Origin: Candidatus Pelagibacterales bacterium
GTDB lineage: Bacteria > Pseudomonadota > Alphaproteobacteria > TMED109
DNA: 64,000 nt
Assembly: GCA_002715265.1 (NCBI GenBank)
Contig: PAYS01000017.1
Location: 66,775-130,774, forward strand
Direction: 5' to 3'
Below the pieces are notes generated by a model, which was not told the DNA's origin, did no database searches, and saw only the letters and a list, made by a program, of their open reading frames with translations. The stretch's first letter is position 1. Each line of letters begins with the position of its first letter. Shown here in pieces: positions 18,901 through 29,163 of this stretch. Both the position numbers and the translations under genes were made by a program.

Positions 18901-20613
18901 CAAATTAAAATAGCGCAAGGAGCTAAACCTGGAGAAGGTGGTCAATTACCTGGACATAAAGTAGATCCTATTATAGCTAAAGTTAGACACTCAACACCAG
19001 GGGTAGGCCTTATATCTCCTCCCCCACATCATGATATTTATTCTATAGAAGATTTGGCGCAACTTATTTTCGATTTAAAAAATGTTAATTCGAAAGCTAG
19101 AATAAGTGTAAAATTAGTTTCAGAAATTGGAGTTGGAACAGTAGCAGCAGGTGTTGCCAAAGCAAGAGCTGACCATATAACTATTGCTGGTTTTGAAGGC
19201 GGAACAGGTGCTAGTCCGTTAACGTCTATTAAACATGCAGGGTCTCCTTGGGAAATAGGCTTAGCAGAAACTCAACAAACATTAGTTTTGAATGGTTTAA
19301 GAGGAAGAATATCATTACAAGTTGATGGAGGTTTAAGAACAGGAAGAGATGTTGTAATTGGAGCATTGTTAGGTGCAGATGAATTTGGTTTTGCTACTGC
19401 ACCTTTAATAGCTTCAGGATGTATAATGATGAGAAAGTGTCATTTAAATACTTGTCCTGTAGGAATAGCAACTCAAAACCCAGAATTAAGAAAAAAATTT
19501 ACTGGTTTGCCTGAGCATGTAATCAATTATTTTTTCTTCGTAGCAGAAGAAGTAAGAATTTTAATGGCAAAGTTGGGATATAAAAAATTTAATGATATGA
19601 TTGGGCAAGTAGAAAAATTAAATACTACCTTTGCCATCGAGAAATGGAAAAGTTTAGGTTTAGATTTTTCAAAACTTTTCTTTAAACCTAAAGTTGATAA
19701 AAATATAAAATTTTATAATTGTGAAGAGCAGAAACATCCTATAAATAATATTTTAGATAAAAAGTTACTACCTTTAGTTGAAAAAGTATTAAAAGAAGAT
19801 AGTAATGAAGAAATTTCTTTAACAATAAAAAATACAGACAGGACTTTTGGGGCTATGACTTCCGGTGCTATAGCATCAGTCAAAGGACATTCTGGTTTGA
19901 ATGAAGATCAAATTTTAGTTAAAATAGATGGAACAGCAGGCCAATCTTTTGGTGCTTTTTTATCTAAAGGTGTAACGTTTGATTTGTCTGGAGAAGCAAA
20001 TGACTATGTAGGCAAGGGATTGTCAGGAGGAAAGCTTATTGTTAAACCGCCTTCTAATTCAACAATAGTATCTGAAGAGTCCATGATAATTGGTAATACT
20101 GTTTTATATGGCGCAATTTCTGGCGAGTGTTATTTTAACGGTATAGCCGGTGAGCGTTTTTGTGTTAGAAATTCTGGAGCAATAGCAGTAATAGAAGGTG
20201 TGGGCGATCATGGCTGTGAATATATGACTGGAGGAATTGTTTTGTGTTTAGGAAGTATTGGAAGAAATTTTGCCGCTGGAATGAGCGGAGGTGTTGCTTA
20301 TATTTACGATCCAGACAATACAGTCGGATTATATTTGAATAGTGAAATGGTGGAAGTAGAAGAGTTGAGCTTTATAAATTCCTCTTATAAAACTATTGAT
20401 CAAATGAAAGATAATATGCTTGAGGGGGATAATTACAAAATTAAGTTTTTAATTGAAAGACATGTAAAATTTACTTCTAGTAAATTGGGTGATGAAATTT
20501 TAAAGAATTGGGAAGAGTCTATAAAACTGTTTAAAAAAATTATGCCAATAGATTATAAAAATGTCTTATTAGAAAAAAAAGATGATAAATCTACTAAATA
20601 TAAAATAGCTTAA
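16000..20613 (+). CDS. gltB: Glutamate synthase large subunit
   Basis: HDSCGIG (N-terminal nucleophile Cys), HQRFSTNT, EPWDGP, QGAKPGEGGQLPG, CIMMRKCHLNTCP 3Fe-4S motif. Confidence 0.99.
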   Translation: MDKKFVKKNFSDRPTSQGLYDANLEHDSCGIGFVANIRGNKDHSIIQDGLKILENLTHRGAVGADPTMGDGAGLLLQIPDLFLRQECKSLGINLPEEGKYAVAQIFMAAEPDKQKYCEKILEDLISTSDEKFLGWRNVPVSEKAVSSSVNSSAPIIKQAFVAASEKNFNQDAFERRIYVLRKQFSNKLRDDEASGKQNILYVCSFSSRTLNYKGMLLSDTVGNYFPDLQDKRVVSALALVHQRFSTNTFPSWDLAQPFRMICHNGEINTLRGNVNWMNARKHIMTSKMLNDDLKKIWPVIAEGQSDSACFDNALELLVMGGYSLAHAMMLLIPESWKDNKLMDKNRRAFYEYNSSIMEPWDGPAAVAFTDGKQIGATLDRNGLRPARYFVTKDDKIILSSEMGVLPYPEDQIKEKWRLQPGRMLLIDLQKGSIITDEEVKKSLIEKHPYVSIVDQNRVKLDDLRKVEHEELNLSKKDKLDVQQAFGYTQEDIKFLIEPMINSAQEATGSMGTDTPLAVLSSKHKLLYNFFKQLFAQVTNPAIDPIREKMVMSLMSILGPRKNLLSVEPVNSKCLMLDQPILSNNEINLIKNIEKSDIGYKPFILDATSAKQEGLSGMKKTIERLKSNSEKAIIDGCNIIIISDRNISKDRYAIPMLLALSSVHQHLVRTGLRTKIGIAIETGEAREIHHYCVLAGYGADAINPYLAFETIKDLINAPSVSVSYEEACKNYVQAIGKGILKVMSKMGISTYQSYNGAQIFDAVGLSNDFVNEYFPGTPSKIEGLSIEDILTSTIECHARAYGQEPILENMLDVGGDYAYRLRGEDHVWTPTSVRDLQHAVRGKSQEKYDEYAKAINEQAIQKMTPRGMFELNFAKEPLNIDEIESAENIVKRFATGAMSFGSISREAHTTLAIAMNAIGGKSNTGEGGEEVDRFKTQPDGTSMRSAIKQVASGRFGVTTEYLVNADDIQIKIAQGAKPGEGGQLPGHKVDPIIAKVRHSTPGVGLISPPPHHDIYSIEDLAQLIFDLKNVNSKARISVKLVSEIGVGTVAAGVAKARADHITIAGFEGGTGASPLTSIKHAGSPWEIGLAETQQTLVLNGLRGRISLQVDGGLRTGRDVVIGALLGADEFGFATAPLIASGCIMMRKCHLNTCPVGIATQNPELRKKFTGLPEHVINYFFFVAEEVRILMAKLGYKKFNDMIGQVEKLNTTFAIEKWKSLGLDFSKLFFKPKVDKNIKFYNCEEQKHPINNILDKKLLPLVEKVLKEDSNEEISLTIKNTDRTFGAMTSGAIASVKGHSGLNEDQILVKIDGTAGQSFGAFLSKGVTFDLSGEANDYVGKGLSGGKLIVKPPSNSTIVSEESMIIGNTVLYGAISGECYFNGIAGERFCVRNSGAIAVIEGVGDHGCEYMTGGIVLCLGSIGRNFAAGMSGGVAYIYDPDNTVGLYLNSEMVEVEELSFINSSYKTIDQMKDNMLEGDNYKIKFLIERHVKFTSSKLGDEILKNWEESIKLFKKIMPIDYKNVLLEKKDDKSTKYKIA

Positions 20614-20625
20614 AATAGGGTAAAT

Positions 20626-22044
20626 ATGGGAAAAATAACAGGGTTTTTAGAAATTGAAAGAAAAGATAAATCTTATAAACCAGTAAAAGAAAGAATTAAG
20701 AATTTTCAGGAATTTACTGTAAAATTAGATAAAACAGATTTATCTAAGCAGGGTGCTAGGTGTATGGATTGTGGAATACCATATTGTCATACTGGTTGTC
20801 CTGTAAATAATATTATACCAGATTGGAATGATTTAGTTTATAACAATCAATGGGAAGAGGCTATTAAAGTTTTGCATTCTACTAATAACTTTCCTGAATT
20901 TACAGGTAGAATATGTCCTGCACCTTGTGAAGAATCTTGTACATTAAATATAGATGATAAACCAGTAACTATTAAATCTATAGAATGTGCAATAGTCGAT
21001 AATGCGTGGGAAAAGGGATTGATAGCACCCCAATTACCTAAAAATAAAACTAATAAAAGCGTAGCTATTGTTGGATCAGGGCCCGCAGGAATGGCAGCTG
21101 CTCAGCAGCTTCTTAGAGCGGGGCATGATGTAGTTTTGTTTGAAAAACATCAAAAAATTGGAGGGTTATTGAGATATGGTATACCTGATTTTAAGATGGA
21201 AAAACAATTAATTGATAGAAGACAAGAACAGATGGAAGCAGAAGGTTTGATTGTAAAAAATAATACAGAAGTTGGAAAAGATATTGAATTTAAAGATTTA
21301 GCAAATGATTATGATGCAGTTTTATTAACTGGAGGAGCAGAGATACCTCGAAATTTAGATATTCCAGGACGCAATTTGCAGGGTATTGAGTTTGCTATGG
21401 ATTTTTTACCTAAACAAAATAAAATTGTTTCAGGTGAGATGAAAATGCCTACTAATTTTATTAGTGCAAAGGATAAAAATGTAGTTGTAATTGGAGGGGG
21501 CGATACAGGTTCTGATTGTATTGGAACTTCTATAAGGCAAGGTGCATCTAAAGTTACACAGTTAGAAATTATGCCCATTCCTCCAGAAAAAGAAAATAAA
21601 AGTCTTACATGGCCAAACTGGCCTTTAAAGATGCGTGTTTCAAGCTCACAAGAAGAAGGGGCACATAGAGATTTTTCAGTATTGACGTCAAAATTCATTG
21701 GAAAAGATGGAAAAATAAATGGGTTGGTATGTAATAAAGTTGATGCAGATTTAAAAATTATTCCAAACACGGAGTTTAATATTGAGGCTGATTTAGTGCT
21801 TCTAGCTATGGGCTTTTTGGGACCAATCACTAAAAATATTAACTTTAAATCAAATCTGGATTTAGATTCTCGAGGTAATATATTGGCAAATCAAGATGAT
21901 TACATGACTTCTATAGATGGAGTCTTCTCGGCGGGTGATATGAGGAGAGGTCAATCACTCGTAGTGTGGGCAATAAGAGAAGGTCGACAGGCAGCACATT
22001 CAATTGACAAATTTCTTATGGGAAAAACTGATCTTCCCAGGTAA
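20626..22044 (+). CDS. gltD: Glutamate synthase small subunit
   Basis: RCMDCGIPYC, GRICPAPCE, GSGPAG, GGGDTGSDC and RRGQSLVVWAI motifs. Confidence 0.98.
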   Translation: MGKITGFLEIERKDKSYKPVKERIKNFQEFTVKLDKTDLSKQGARCMDCGIPYCHTGCPVNNIIPDWNDLVYNNQWEEAIKVLHSTNNFPEFTGRICPAPCEESCTLNIDDKPVTIKSIECAIVDNAWEKGLIAPQLPKNKTNKSVAIVGSGPAGMAAAQQLLRAGHDVVLFEKHQKIGGLLRYGIPDFKMEKQLIDRRQEQMEAEGLIVKNNTEVGKDIEFKDLANDYDAVLLTGGAEIPRNLDIPGRNLQGIEFAMDFLPKQNKIVSGEMKMPTNFISAKDKNVVVIGGGDTGSDCIGTSIRQGASKVTQLEIMPIPPEKENKSLTWPNWPLKMRVSSSQEEGAHRDFSVLTSKFIGKDGKINGLVCNKVDADLKIIPNTEFNIEADLVLLAMGFLGPITKNINFKSNLDLDSRGNILANQDDYMTSIDGVFSAGDMRRGQSLVVWAIREGRQAAHSIDKFLMGKTDLPR

Positions 22045-22047
22045 TTA

Positions 22048-22072
22048 ATACTTGACCAATTTAGTCTTGAAT
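22048..22072 (+). promoter_or_regulatory. IscR type-1-like operator overlapping the putative -35 (TTGACC) of the suf promoter
   Basis: ATACTTGACCAATTTAGTCTTGAAT matches the ATASYYGACTRWWWYAGTCRRSTAT consensus at 21/25 positions; TTGACC-N17-TATATA spacing; directly upstream of the Rrf2 gene. Confidence 0.75.
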
Positions 22073-22110
22073 ACTATATATACGTGTATATAGCGTTATA
22101 TGAGGTAAAT

Positions 22111-22578
22111 ATGATAAAAGTATCTAGAATGGCAGATTATGCGGTCCTCTTAGTTTGTAGGATGAGTATAAAAAAGGATAAAGTTTTTAGCGCACAAGAT
22201 CTATCCTTGCAAACTTCTTTACCTATAACTACAGTTAGTAAAATTTTAACAAAATTAACTAAATCAAAAATTATTTCTTCAGTTAGGGGGGTTGCCGGAG
22301 GATACAAACTCTTAACTGATGCGAAAGATATTTCTGTAGGTAATATAATAGATGTTATAGATGGTAAAGTAGCACTCACAGTTTGTATTGAAGAATCTAA
22401 TCATACTTGTGGGTTAGCCGCTATGTGTCCATCTCATAGTAATTGGCAGATAATTAATAATGCAGTAAGTAATGCTTTAAATTCCGTATCTATAGAAGAA
22501 ATGTCCAAGCCTATTCAGAATTTTAGGAATAGTAAAATTGGTACAATAAATAGTAAATTTAATCATTTGGAAAATTAA
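22111..22578 (+). CDS. iscR: Rrf2-family (IscR-like) SUF system Fe-S cluster regulator
   Basis: [21 protein letters not shown], three Cys ([15 protein letters not shown]); GAGG RBS before ATG 22111. Confidence 0.88.
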   Translation: MIKVSRMADYAVLLVCRMSIKKDKVFSAQDLSLQTSLPITTVSKILTKLTKSKIISSVRGVAGGYKLLTDAKDISVGNIIDVIDGKVALTVCIEESNHTCGLAAMCPSHSNWQIINNAVSNALNSVSIEEMSKPIQNFRNSKIGTINSKFNHLEN

Positions 22579-24056
22579 TGGCAGTTGATAATAAGACAAT
22601 TGAAACAGTAGAAAAAGCCACAAAAGATTATAAGTATGGTTTTGTAACAGAGGTTGAGACGGAATTTGCTCCTAAAGGTTTAAATGAAGATATAGTTAAA
22701 TTTATATCTAATAAAAATGATGAGCCAGAATGGTTATTGGAATGGAGACTAGATTCATATAAAAAATGGCTAAATATGAAAAGTGATAATCCTAAATGGG
22801 CAAATATTCATTTTCCAGAGATTGATTTCCAAGATGCATATTACTATGCAGCACCAAAAACAGATGCAGATAAACCTAAAAGTTTAGATGAGATAGACCC
22901 AGAAATATTAGCTACTTATAATAAATTAGGTATACCACTCAAGGAACAAGAAATGCTTGCTGGTATAGCAGGATCAGAAAACATAGCTGTAGATGCGGTA
23001 TTTGATTCAGTATCTGTTGCAACTACGTTTAAATCTAAATTAGCGGAATTAGGAATAGTTTTTTGTCCTATTTCTGAAGCTATAAAAACTCATCCAGATT
23101 TAATAAAAAAGTATATGGGATCAGTTGTTCCTCAGACCGATAATTTTTATGCAGCGCTTAATTCCGCCGTTTATTCTGATGGCTCATTTGTCTATATTCC
23201 TCCAGGTGTGAGATGTCCTATGGATTTAAGTACATATTTTAGAATTAATGCAGCTGATACAGGACAATTTGAAAGAACATTAATAATAGCAGACGAAGGT
23301 TCATATGTTTCTTATTTAGAAGGTTGTACTGCTCCTATGCGGGATGATAACCAACTTCATGCAGCAGTTGTTGAATTAATAGCTTTAGATAATGCAGAAA
23401 TTAAGTATTCAACAGTGCAAAATTGGTACCCAGGAGATGAAAATGGTAAAGGTGGTATATATAATTTTGTTACTAAAAGAGGAGCTTGTCGAGGAGTTAA
23501 TTCAAGAATTTCATGGACACAGGTAGAGACTGGTTCTTCTATTACATGGAAGTATCCATCAGTTTTATTACAAGGAGATGGGTCGTCAGGTGAGTTTTAT
23601 TCGGTTGCTATATCTAATAGAAAACAACAAGCCGATACTGGGACAAAAATGATTCATATTGGAAAAAATACCAAATCTACGATTATTTCAAAAGGCATAT
23701 CTGCAGGTCGTGGACAACAAACTTATAGAGGGTTAGTGAGAATGCAGGCAGGAGCAAAAAATGCTACTAATTTTTCTCAATGTGACTCTTTACTAATAGG
23801 AAACCAATGTGGAGGTCATACCGTTCCTTATATTGATTCTAGAAATGATACCGCGCAAATAGCTCATGAAGCAACAACTTCCAAAATAAGTGATGAACAA
23901 TTATTTTATTGTCAGCAAAGAGGGCTAGATCCGGAGGAAGCAGTATCACTTATTGTTAATGGTTTTTGTAAAGAGGTATTAAAAAAGCTTCCTATGGAAT
24001 TTGCAGTGGAAGCGCAAAAGCTCTTAGGCGTAAGTCTAGAGGGTTCGGTAGGATAA
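22578..24056 (+). CDS. sufB: Fe-S cluster assembly protein SufB
   Basis: [39 protein letters not shown] and LEGSVG end. Confidence 0.98.
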   Translation: MAVDNKTIETVEKATKDYKYGFVTEVETEFAPKGLNEDIVKFISNKNDEPEWLLEWRLDSYKKWLNMKSDNPKWANIHFPEIDFQDAYYYAAPKTDADKPKSLDEIDPEILATYNKLGIPLKEQEMLAGIAGSENIAVDAVFDSVSVATTFKSKLAELGIVFCPISEAIKTHPDLIKKYMGSVVPQTDNFYAALNSAVYSDGSFVYIPPGVRCPMDLSTYFRINAADTGQFERTLIIADEGSYVSYLEGCTAPMRDDNQLHAAVVELIALDNAEIKYSTVQNWYPGDENGKGGIYNFVTKRGACRGVNSRISWTQVETGSSITWKYPSVLLQGDGSSGEFYSVAISNRKQQADTGTKMIHIGKNTKSTIISKGISAGRGQQTYRGLVRMQAGAKNATNFSQCDSLLIGNQCGGHTVPYIDSRNDTAQIAHEATTSKISDEQLFYCQQRGLDPEEAVSLIVNGFCKEVLKKLPMEFAVEAQKLLGVSLEGSVG

Positions 24057-24078
24057 CATTAAATAAGAGGTATGTACT

Positions 24079-24834
24079 TTGGCTATTTCATTAGAAATTA
24101 ATGACCTTGTTGTAGAGGTTGCAGAAAAAACTATTTTAAATGGTCTCTCTCTCAAAATTGATAGTGGAGAAATGGCCGCAATTATGGGACCAAACGGTGC
24201 TGGAAAATCAACATTAGCCTCTGTTTTAGCGGGTAAGGATGGTTATACTGTTAAAGAGGGTTCTATAAAATACTTAGGCAAAGAATTATTAAAAATGTCT
24301 ATTGATGAGCGGGCGGCATCAGGGGTATTTTTAGCTTTTCAGTATCCTGTTGAAATACCAGGTGTTGCCACTTCAACCTTTATTAGAACTGCTTTAAATG
24401 CACAAAAAAGAATGAGAGGCGAAAAAGAATTAGATGCTGTTGAATTTCTTAAATTAGCAAGAGAAAAAGCAAAAGAATTGGAAATGAGTGAAGATTTTTT
24501 CACTAGATCTGTAAATGTTGGTTTTTCAGGAGGTGAGAAGAAACGAGCAGAGGTTTTTCAAATGTCTATTTTATCTCCTACTCTAGCAATTTTAGATGAA
24601 ACTGACTCAGGCTTAGATATTGATGCTCTTAAAGTTGTAGCAAAGGGTGTAAATAATTTGAGAAATAAAAATCTTAGTGGTTTGGTTATAACACATTATC
24701 AAAGATTACTTGATTATCTTCAACCAGATACAGTTCATATTCTAGCAAATGGCAAGATAGTTAAAACAGGTGATAAATCTCTAGCTTTATTATTAGAGCA
24801 AAAGGGTTATCAAGGTATTATTGAGGCTAATTAG
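24079..24834 (+). CDS. sufC: Fe-S cluster assembly ATPase SufC
   Basis: GPNGAGKST, AFQYPVEIPGV, GFSGGEKKR, LDETDSGLDID, ITHYQRLL. Confidence 0.98.
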   Translation: MAISLEINDLVVEVAEKTILNGLSLKIDSGEMAAIMGPNGAGKSTLASVLAGKDGYTVKEGSIKYLGKELLKMSIDERAASGVFLAFQYPVEIPGVATSTFIRTALNAQKRMRGEKELDAVEFLKLAREKAKELEMSEDFFTRSVNVGFSGGEKKRAEVFQMSILSPTLAILDETDSGLDIDALKVVAKGVNNLRNKNLSGLVITHYQRLLDYLQPDTVHILANGKIVKTGDKSLALLLEQKGYQGIIEAN

Positions 24835-24838
24835 TAAA

Positions 24839-26173
24839 ATGAATAGTCAAGTTCTAAAAGAAAAATATGTAGAATTATATGAAGAGCATAAGAATACTTT
24901 GCCTGGAAAGAATATACCTTGGTTAGAAAATTTGAGAGAAGAAGCTATTGACCAGTTTAAACAATCAGGGTTGCCTGACACTAGTGTAGAAGAGTGGAAT
25001 GTATATCCTTATAAAAATTTAACTAATAATTATTTTTCTATAACAGGTAAGGAGAATATCGATTTATCTGAATTGAAAATTAAGGATGAAGACTGTATTG
25101 CCAGACTTATATTGCATAATGGAAGTGTTGTTAAAATAGAAGCAGATAAGTTGCCTGAAAGAGTATTAATAAATTCTTTAAGTTATTTTATAGAAAATCA
25201 TCCAGAAATAATTGAGGGAAATATCAATCCTGTCAATAAACATTTTGAAACAAGACTATCAAATATTATAGATCCGAAATCACAGGGAATAGTTTCCTTA
25301 AATACAGCTTTTCACAAAGATGGGGCCGTTATTTACATAGAAAAAAATATAAAAGTTTCTGGATATATAGAAATAATAAATTTATCTAATAATAAGACAA
25401 ATTTAATGAATCACATAAGGTCATTAATAATCCTAGAAGCAGGAGCAAAATGTAAAGTTATTGAAAAAAATATAGGTTTATATTCAGAAGATAACCTATT
25501 ATTTTCATCTAGTGTAACGGATATAAATTTATCTAAAGATTCTTCTCTTTCATTTATGAGACTTATAGCAGGAAATTTAAATAATACTAATGTTAATTGT
25601 ACTCATGCAGATATAGAAGAAAACGCGATTTTTAACTCTACTTCGTTTGTTTGTTCAAAAGGTGATGCTCGTGATGAAATAAGGGTAAATTTAAATGGAA
25701 CTAATTCATTGGTGAATCTTAACGGATTATTATTAGGTTTAGAAAAATCTAAGAATGAATTGTTAACTAAAGTTAGGCATATAGCTAAAAGTACTAACAG
25801 CAATCAAAATGTTAGAGCAATTTTAAATGATAAAGCTAGAGCTTCCTTCCAAGGTAAAATAAGAGTAGAAAAAAAAGCTGATGATACAGTTGCAAATATG
25901 TCTGGAAAATCTTTACTACTTAATCAGTCTGCACGAGTTAATTCTAAACCTGAGTTAGAAATTCTCGCTGATGATGTTAGTTGTTCCCATGGTGTGACTG
26001 TAGGGAGTTTAGATCCAGAACAATTATTTTATTTATCTTCTCGAGGAATTTCTAATAATGAGGCAAAAAAAATGTTGATAGCAGCGTTTAGTGAAATAGT
26101 GTTTGAAAATTTAGATGTTTCATTTAAAAAAAATGCACAGAAATTTATGGCGGATTATTATGGAACATATTAA
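24839..26173 (+). CDS. sufD: Fe-S cluster assembly protein SufD
   Basis: GLP...EEW, FQGKIRV, KPELEILADDVSCSHG, FYLSSRGI. Confidence 0.95.
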   Translation: MNSQVLKEKYVELYEEHKNTLPGKNIPWLENLREEAIDQFKQSGLPDTSVEEWNVYPYKNLTNNYFSITGKENIDLSELKIKDEDCIARLILHNGSVVKIEADKLPERVLINSLSYFIENHPEIIEGNINPVNKHFETRLSNIIDPKSQGIVSLNTAFHKDGAVIYIEKNIKVSGYIEIINLSNNKTNLMNHIRSLIILEAGAKCKVIEKNIGLYSEDNLLFSSSVTDINLSKDSSLSFMRLIAGNLNNTNVNCTHADIEENAIFNSTSFVCSKGDARDEIRVNLNGTNSLVNLNGLLLGLEKSKNELLTKVRHIAKSTNSNQNVRAILNDKARASFQGKIRVEKKADDTVANMSGKSLLLNQSARVNSKPELEILADDVSCSHGVTVGSLDPEQLFYLSSRGISNNEAKKMLIAAFSEIVFENLDVSFKKNAQKFMADYYGTY

Positions 26174-27395
26174 ATTGAATCCAAAAACAATTTTTAAAAA
26201 TATTATTGCAGATTTCCCTATTTTAAAGAACAATAATTTAACCTATTTAGATAGTGCAGCTAGTGCCCAAAAACCTTATCAAGTTATTAATTGTATAAAG
26301 GACATCTATTCAAACTCGTATGCTAATGTTCATAGAGGCGTATATTCTTTAAGTCAAGTTGCTACGGATCAATATGAAGACTCTCGAGAAGTAGTTAAAA
26401 GTTTTATAAATGCTAAAAAATTAAGTGAAATTATATTCGTTAGGGGCGCAACTGAAGCAATTAACTTAGTTGCTGAAATTATTGGTGTCGCATCTTTAAA
26501 TGAAGGTGACGAAATTATACTTTCTAGGTTAGAACATCACTCCAATATAGTTCCATGGCAAATAGTTTGTAAAAAAACAGGAGCTATAATAAAAGTCGCT
26601 GAGGCAGACGATAATGGAAATATTTCTTTAGAAACTATAAAAGAATTAATAAATAAAAATACCAAAATTATATCTATTACGCATATTTCAAATGCTATAG
26701 GTACAGTTGTCCCTGTTAAGGAAATCTGTAAGGAGGCAAAAAAACAAGGTATTATAACGTTAATAGATGGATGTCAGGCAGTGCCGCAGATGCCAGTTGA
26801 TGTGCAAGATATAGGATGTGACTTTTACGTTTTTTCTGGCCACAAAACTTATGGTCCTTCTGGAGTTGGTGTGCTTTATGGAAGAGAAGAGTTATTATCT
26901 GAGGCCCCTCCTTATCAAAGTGGAGGTGATATGATAGATAAAGTATCATTTGCTAAAACTACATATGCTGATTTACCAAGCAAATATGAAGCAGGGACAC
27001 CGAATATTGTCGGAGTTATAGGTTTAGGTGAGGCTTTAAAATGGATGAACTCTATTGGTATGGATCAAATATATGATCATTCACAAAATCTACTTGATGA
27101 AGGTATAAAAGTTTTAAGTGGCTTGGAGGGTTTAAAAATAATTGGTAATCCTTATAATAGAGGGGGAGTTATTTCTTTTATTTATAAAGACTTTCATGCA
27201 CATGATGTTGGAACTTTGTTAAATACATATAATATTGCAATTAGAACAGGACATCACTGTGCTCAACCTACTATGGAAAGGTATAAACTTTCTACGACGG
27301 CTAGAGCATCTATTGGCATATACAATAGTATAAAAGATTTTGAGGTTCTTGCAGACGGATTATTGAAGGTGAATAAAATATTTAATAAAGTATAG
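26160..27395 (+). CDS. sufS: Cysteine desulfurase SufS (group II)
   Basis: YLDSAASAQKP, ANVHRG, EHHSNIVPW, FSGHK, RTGHHCAQP. Start moved to ATG 26160. Confidence 0.97.
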   Translation: MEHIKLNPKTIFKNIIADFPILKNNNLTYLDSAASAQKPYQVINCIKDIYSNSYANVHRGVYSLSQVATDQYEDSREVVKSFINAKKLSEIIFVRGATEAINLVAEIIGVASLNEGDEIILSRLEHHSNIVPWQIVCKKTGAIIKVAEADDNGNISLETIKELINKNTKIISITHISNAIGTVVPVKEICKEAKKQGIITLIDGCQAVPQMPVDVQDIGCDFYVFSGHKTYGPSGVGVLYGREELLSEAPPYQSGGDMIDKVSFAKTTYADLPSKYEAGTPNIVGVIGLGEALKWMNSIGMDQIYDHSQNLLDEGIKVLSGLEGLKIIGNPYNRGGVISFIYKDFHAHDVGTLLNTYNIAIRTGHHCAQPTMERYKLSTTARASIGIYNSIKDFEVLADGLLKVNKIFNKV

Positions 27396-27444
27396 TAATT
27401 AATAAAAGATTTGCATATATTACTTTTTGGGAATGTTTATAAGA

Positions 27445-27783
27445 ATGACGGAATTAGAAAATAAAGAACCAGAACTGAATAATAACTTAAAAGAGTTAAT
27501 TATAGAGGCTCTTGGTACTGTATATGACCCAGAAATACCTGTAAGTATTTGGGAATTAGGCTTGGTATATAATATAGATATTGATGATAAAAATAATGTA
27601 GTAATTGTTATGACTTTAACTACTCCTAATTGTCCTGAAGCTGAAACTATTCCTGATAGGGTTGCAGAAGCAGTATCAAAATGTAAAAATGTTGGGGATG
27701 TTAGAGTTGAGATTGTATGGGAACCTGTATGGACTCAAGATAACATGAGTGAGGCAGCAAAACTTGAGTTAGGATTTTTTTGA
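27445..27783 (+). CDS. sufT: SUF system Fe-S assembly protein (SufT / DUF59)
   Basis: VYDPEIPVSIWELGLVY, MTLTTPNCP, WEPVW..MSEAA motifs. Confidence 0.92.
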   Translation: MTELENKEPELNNNLKELIIEALGTVYDPEIPVSIWELGLVYNIDIDDKNNVVIVMTLTTPNCPEAETIPDRVAEAVSKCKNVGDVRVEIVWEPVWTQDNMSEAAKLELGFF

Positions 27784-27795
27784 TAAGGAGTGTAT

Positions 27796-28140
27796 ATGAT
27801 TAACAAAAGACCAGAAATTATTTCTTTAACAAATAAAGCTCTAGAAAGAATTAAATTTATTATGTCTAAGGCACCTGAGAATACATTAGGAGTTAGGTTT
27901 GGAGTAAAAACCGGGGGTTGTTCAGGTATGACTTATGACGTAAGTTACACTTCAGAAGAAAAGGACAATGATGAAAAAATCGTAAGAGGTGATATAAATA
28001 TTTATATAGATGCTTCGGCAACTTTGTTTCTAATTGGCAGCGAAGTGGATTGGACTCAGGATAAATTACAGTCTAGTTTTACCTTTAAAAACCCTAATGA
28101 AACAGCCCGGTGTGGTTGTGGTGAGTCTTTTACTATATAG
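27796..28140 (+). CDS. sufA: A-type Fe-S carrier (SufA/IscA)
   Basis: GGCSG and RCGCGESF motifs; AAGGAG RBS. Confidence 0.93.
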   Translation: MINKRPEIISLTNKALERIKFIMSKAPENTLGVRFGVKTGGCSGMTYDVSYTSEEKDNDEKIVRGDINIYIDASATLFLIGSEVDWTQDKLQSSFTFKNPNETARCGCGESFTI

Positions 28141-28142
28141 GA

Positions 28143-28667
28143 TTAAATTTTTTTAGAAATTTTTATCGCTGCTCTTGTTATATTTCTAATTCCAAAGCTT
28201 AGTAACTTGTAACCTCTTGCATTTTTAGCATTGTTTTCGATAGCTATATTTTTATGTTCTATTTCTTCATTTCTAAACTTTTTTACTAATTTAAGTAATT
28301 CCATATCTTTAACATTTTTTTTTAATTTTTTTTCCTGATCTTCATAGTGTTTGTCAATTACTTCTTCTACAGCTAAGGTGCAGGCCATTGCTGCATCTCT
28401 TCCAATCAATGCTGATGATGCACCTAAGAAAAACCCTCCTACCGCCCAGATAGGAGACATGGCAGTTGGTCTAACTCTATTTTTTATCATTAATTTATTA
28501 AATTCTTCTAAATGTATTTTTTCCTGTTTTGCCATACCTTTTATAGTTTTATCTTTTGGTAGCACAGCTAACTGCCCTTCATATATTTTTTGGGCCCCAA
28601 ACTCTCCTGCTTGGTTAACTCTTATCATTTCATTAATTATTTCTTTATGTTTTTCTTTTTTATCCAT
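28143..28667 (-). CDS. coq7: Demethoxyubiquinone hydroxylase (di-iron, Coq7)
   Basis: RVNQAGEFGA..IY.GQ, E..H pairs, AMACT.AVEE.I..HY. Confidence 0.93.
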   Translation of the reverse strand: MDKKEKHKEIINEMIRVNQAGEFGAQKIYEGQLAVLPKDKTIKGMAKQEKIHLEEFNKLMIKNRVRPTAMSPIWAVGGFFLGASSALIGRDAAMACTLAVEEVIDKHYEDQEKKLKKNVKDMELLKLVKKFRNEEIEHKNIAIENNAKNARGYKLLSFGIRNITRAAIKISKKI

Positions 28668-29160
28668 AATTTTTTTTCTTTAACATTTTGTAAGTTAATA
28701 TAGTTATAAAAAATGTAGTTGCAACAATATAAATAAAAGACCACTGCACAAGCGTAATTCCAAGAAATTTTGGAGATAATATATCGCAGTTTGAAGAACG
28801 AGATTCTAATAAATTATTATTTAATTCTTCTGTTAAAGAACCAATATTTGTGTCCCAGTTTGAACAAGAACTAGATGGTAACCACCATTGAAATTCTATA
28901 CCTAAGTGCCAAAAAGCAATCATTAAAGTAACTAACATGGAAATACAAATCAGAAAGGATATAATTTTTTTAAATTTATAAATAAAAGCTAATAAACTTA
29001 ATATTAATGTAATACCGTAAGCATATCTTTGAAGTATACATAAGTGACAAGGCCTCAAGGAGGCTATATATTCAAGATATAGAGCAAAAATAAGGGCAGA
29101 CGTAGAAATTAAAAAAGCCCAAAAATAAGGTTTATTAAAATTATTATATATATAATTCAT
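28660..29160 (-). CDS. dsbB: Disulfide bond formation protein B
   Basis: PCHLCILQR motif, four TM helices, second Cys pair in periplasmic loop. Confidence 0.9.
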   Translation of the reverse strand: MNYIYNNFNKPYFWAFLISTSALIFALYLEYIASLRPCHLCILQRYAYGITLILSLLAFIYKFKKIISFLICISMLVTLMIAFWHLGIEFQWWLPSSSCSNWDTNIGSLTEELNNNLLESRSSNCDILSPKFLGITLVQWSFIYIVATTFFITILTYKMLKKKNYG

Positions 29161-29163
29161 ATT

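Noticed and set aside
22111..28140. Absence of sufE/sufU from the suf operon as a novelty
   Set aside because: sufBCDS-sufT-sufA with sufE encoded elsewhere is a common alphaproteobacterial layout.
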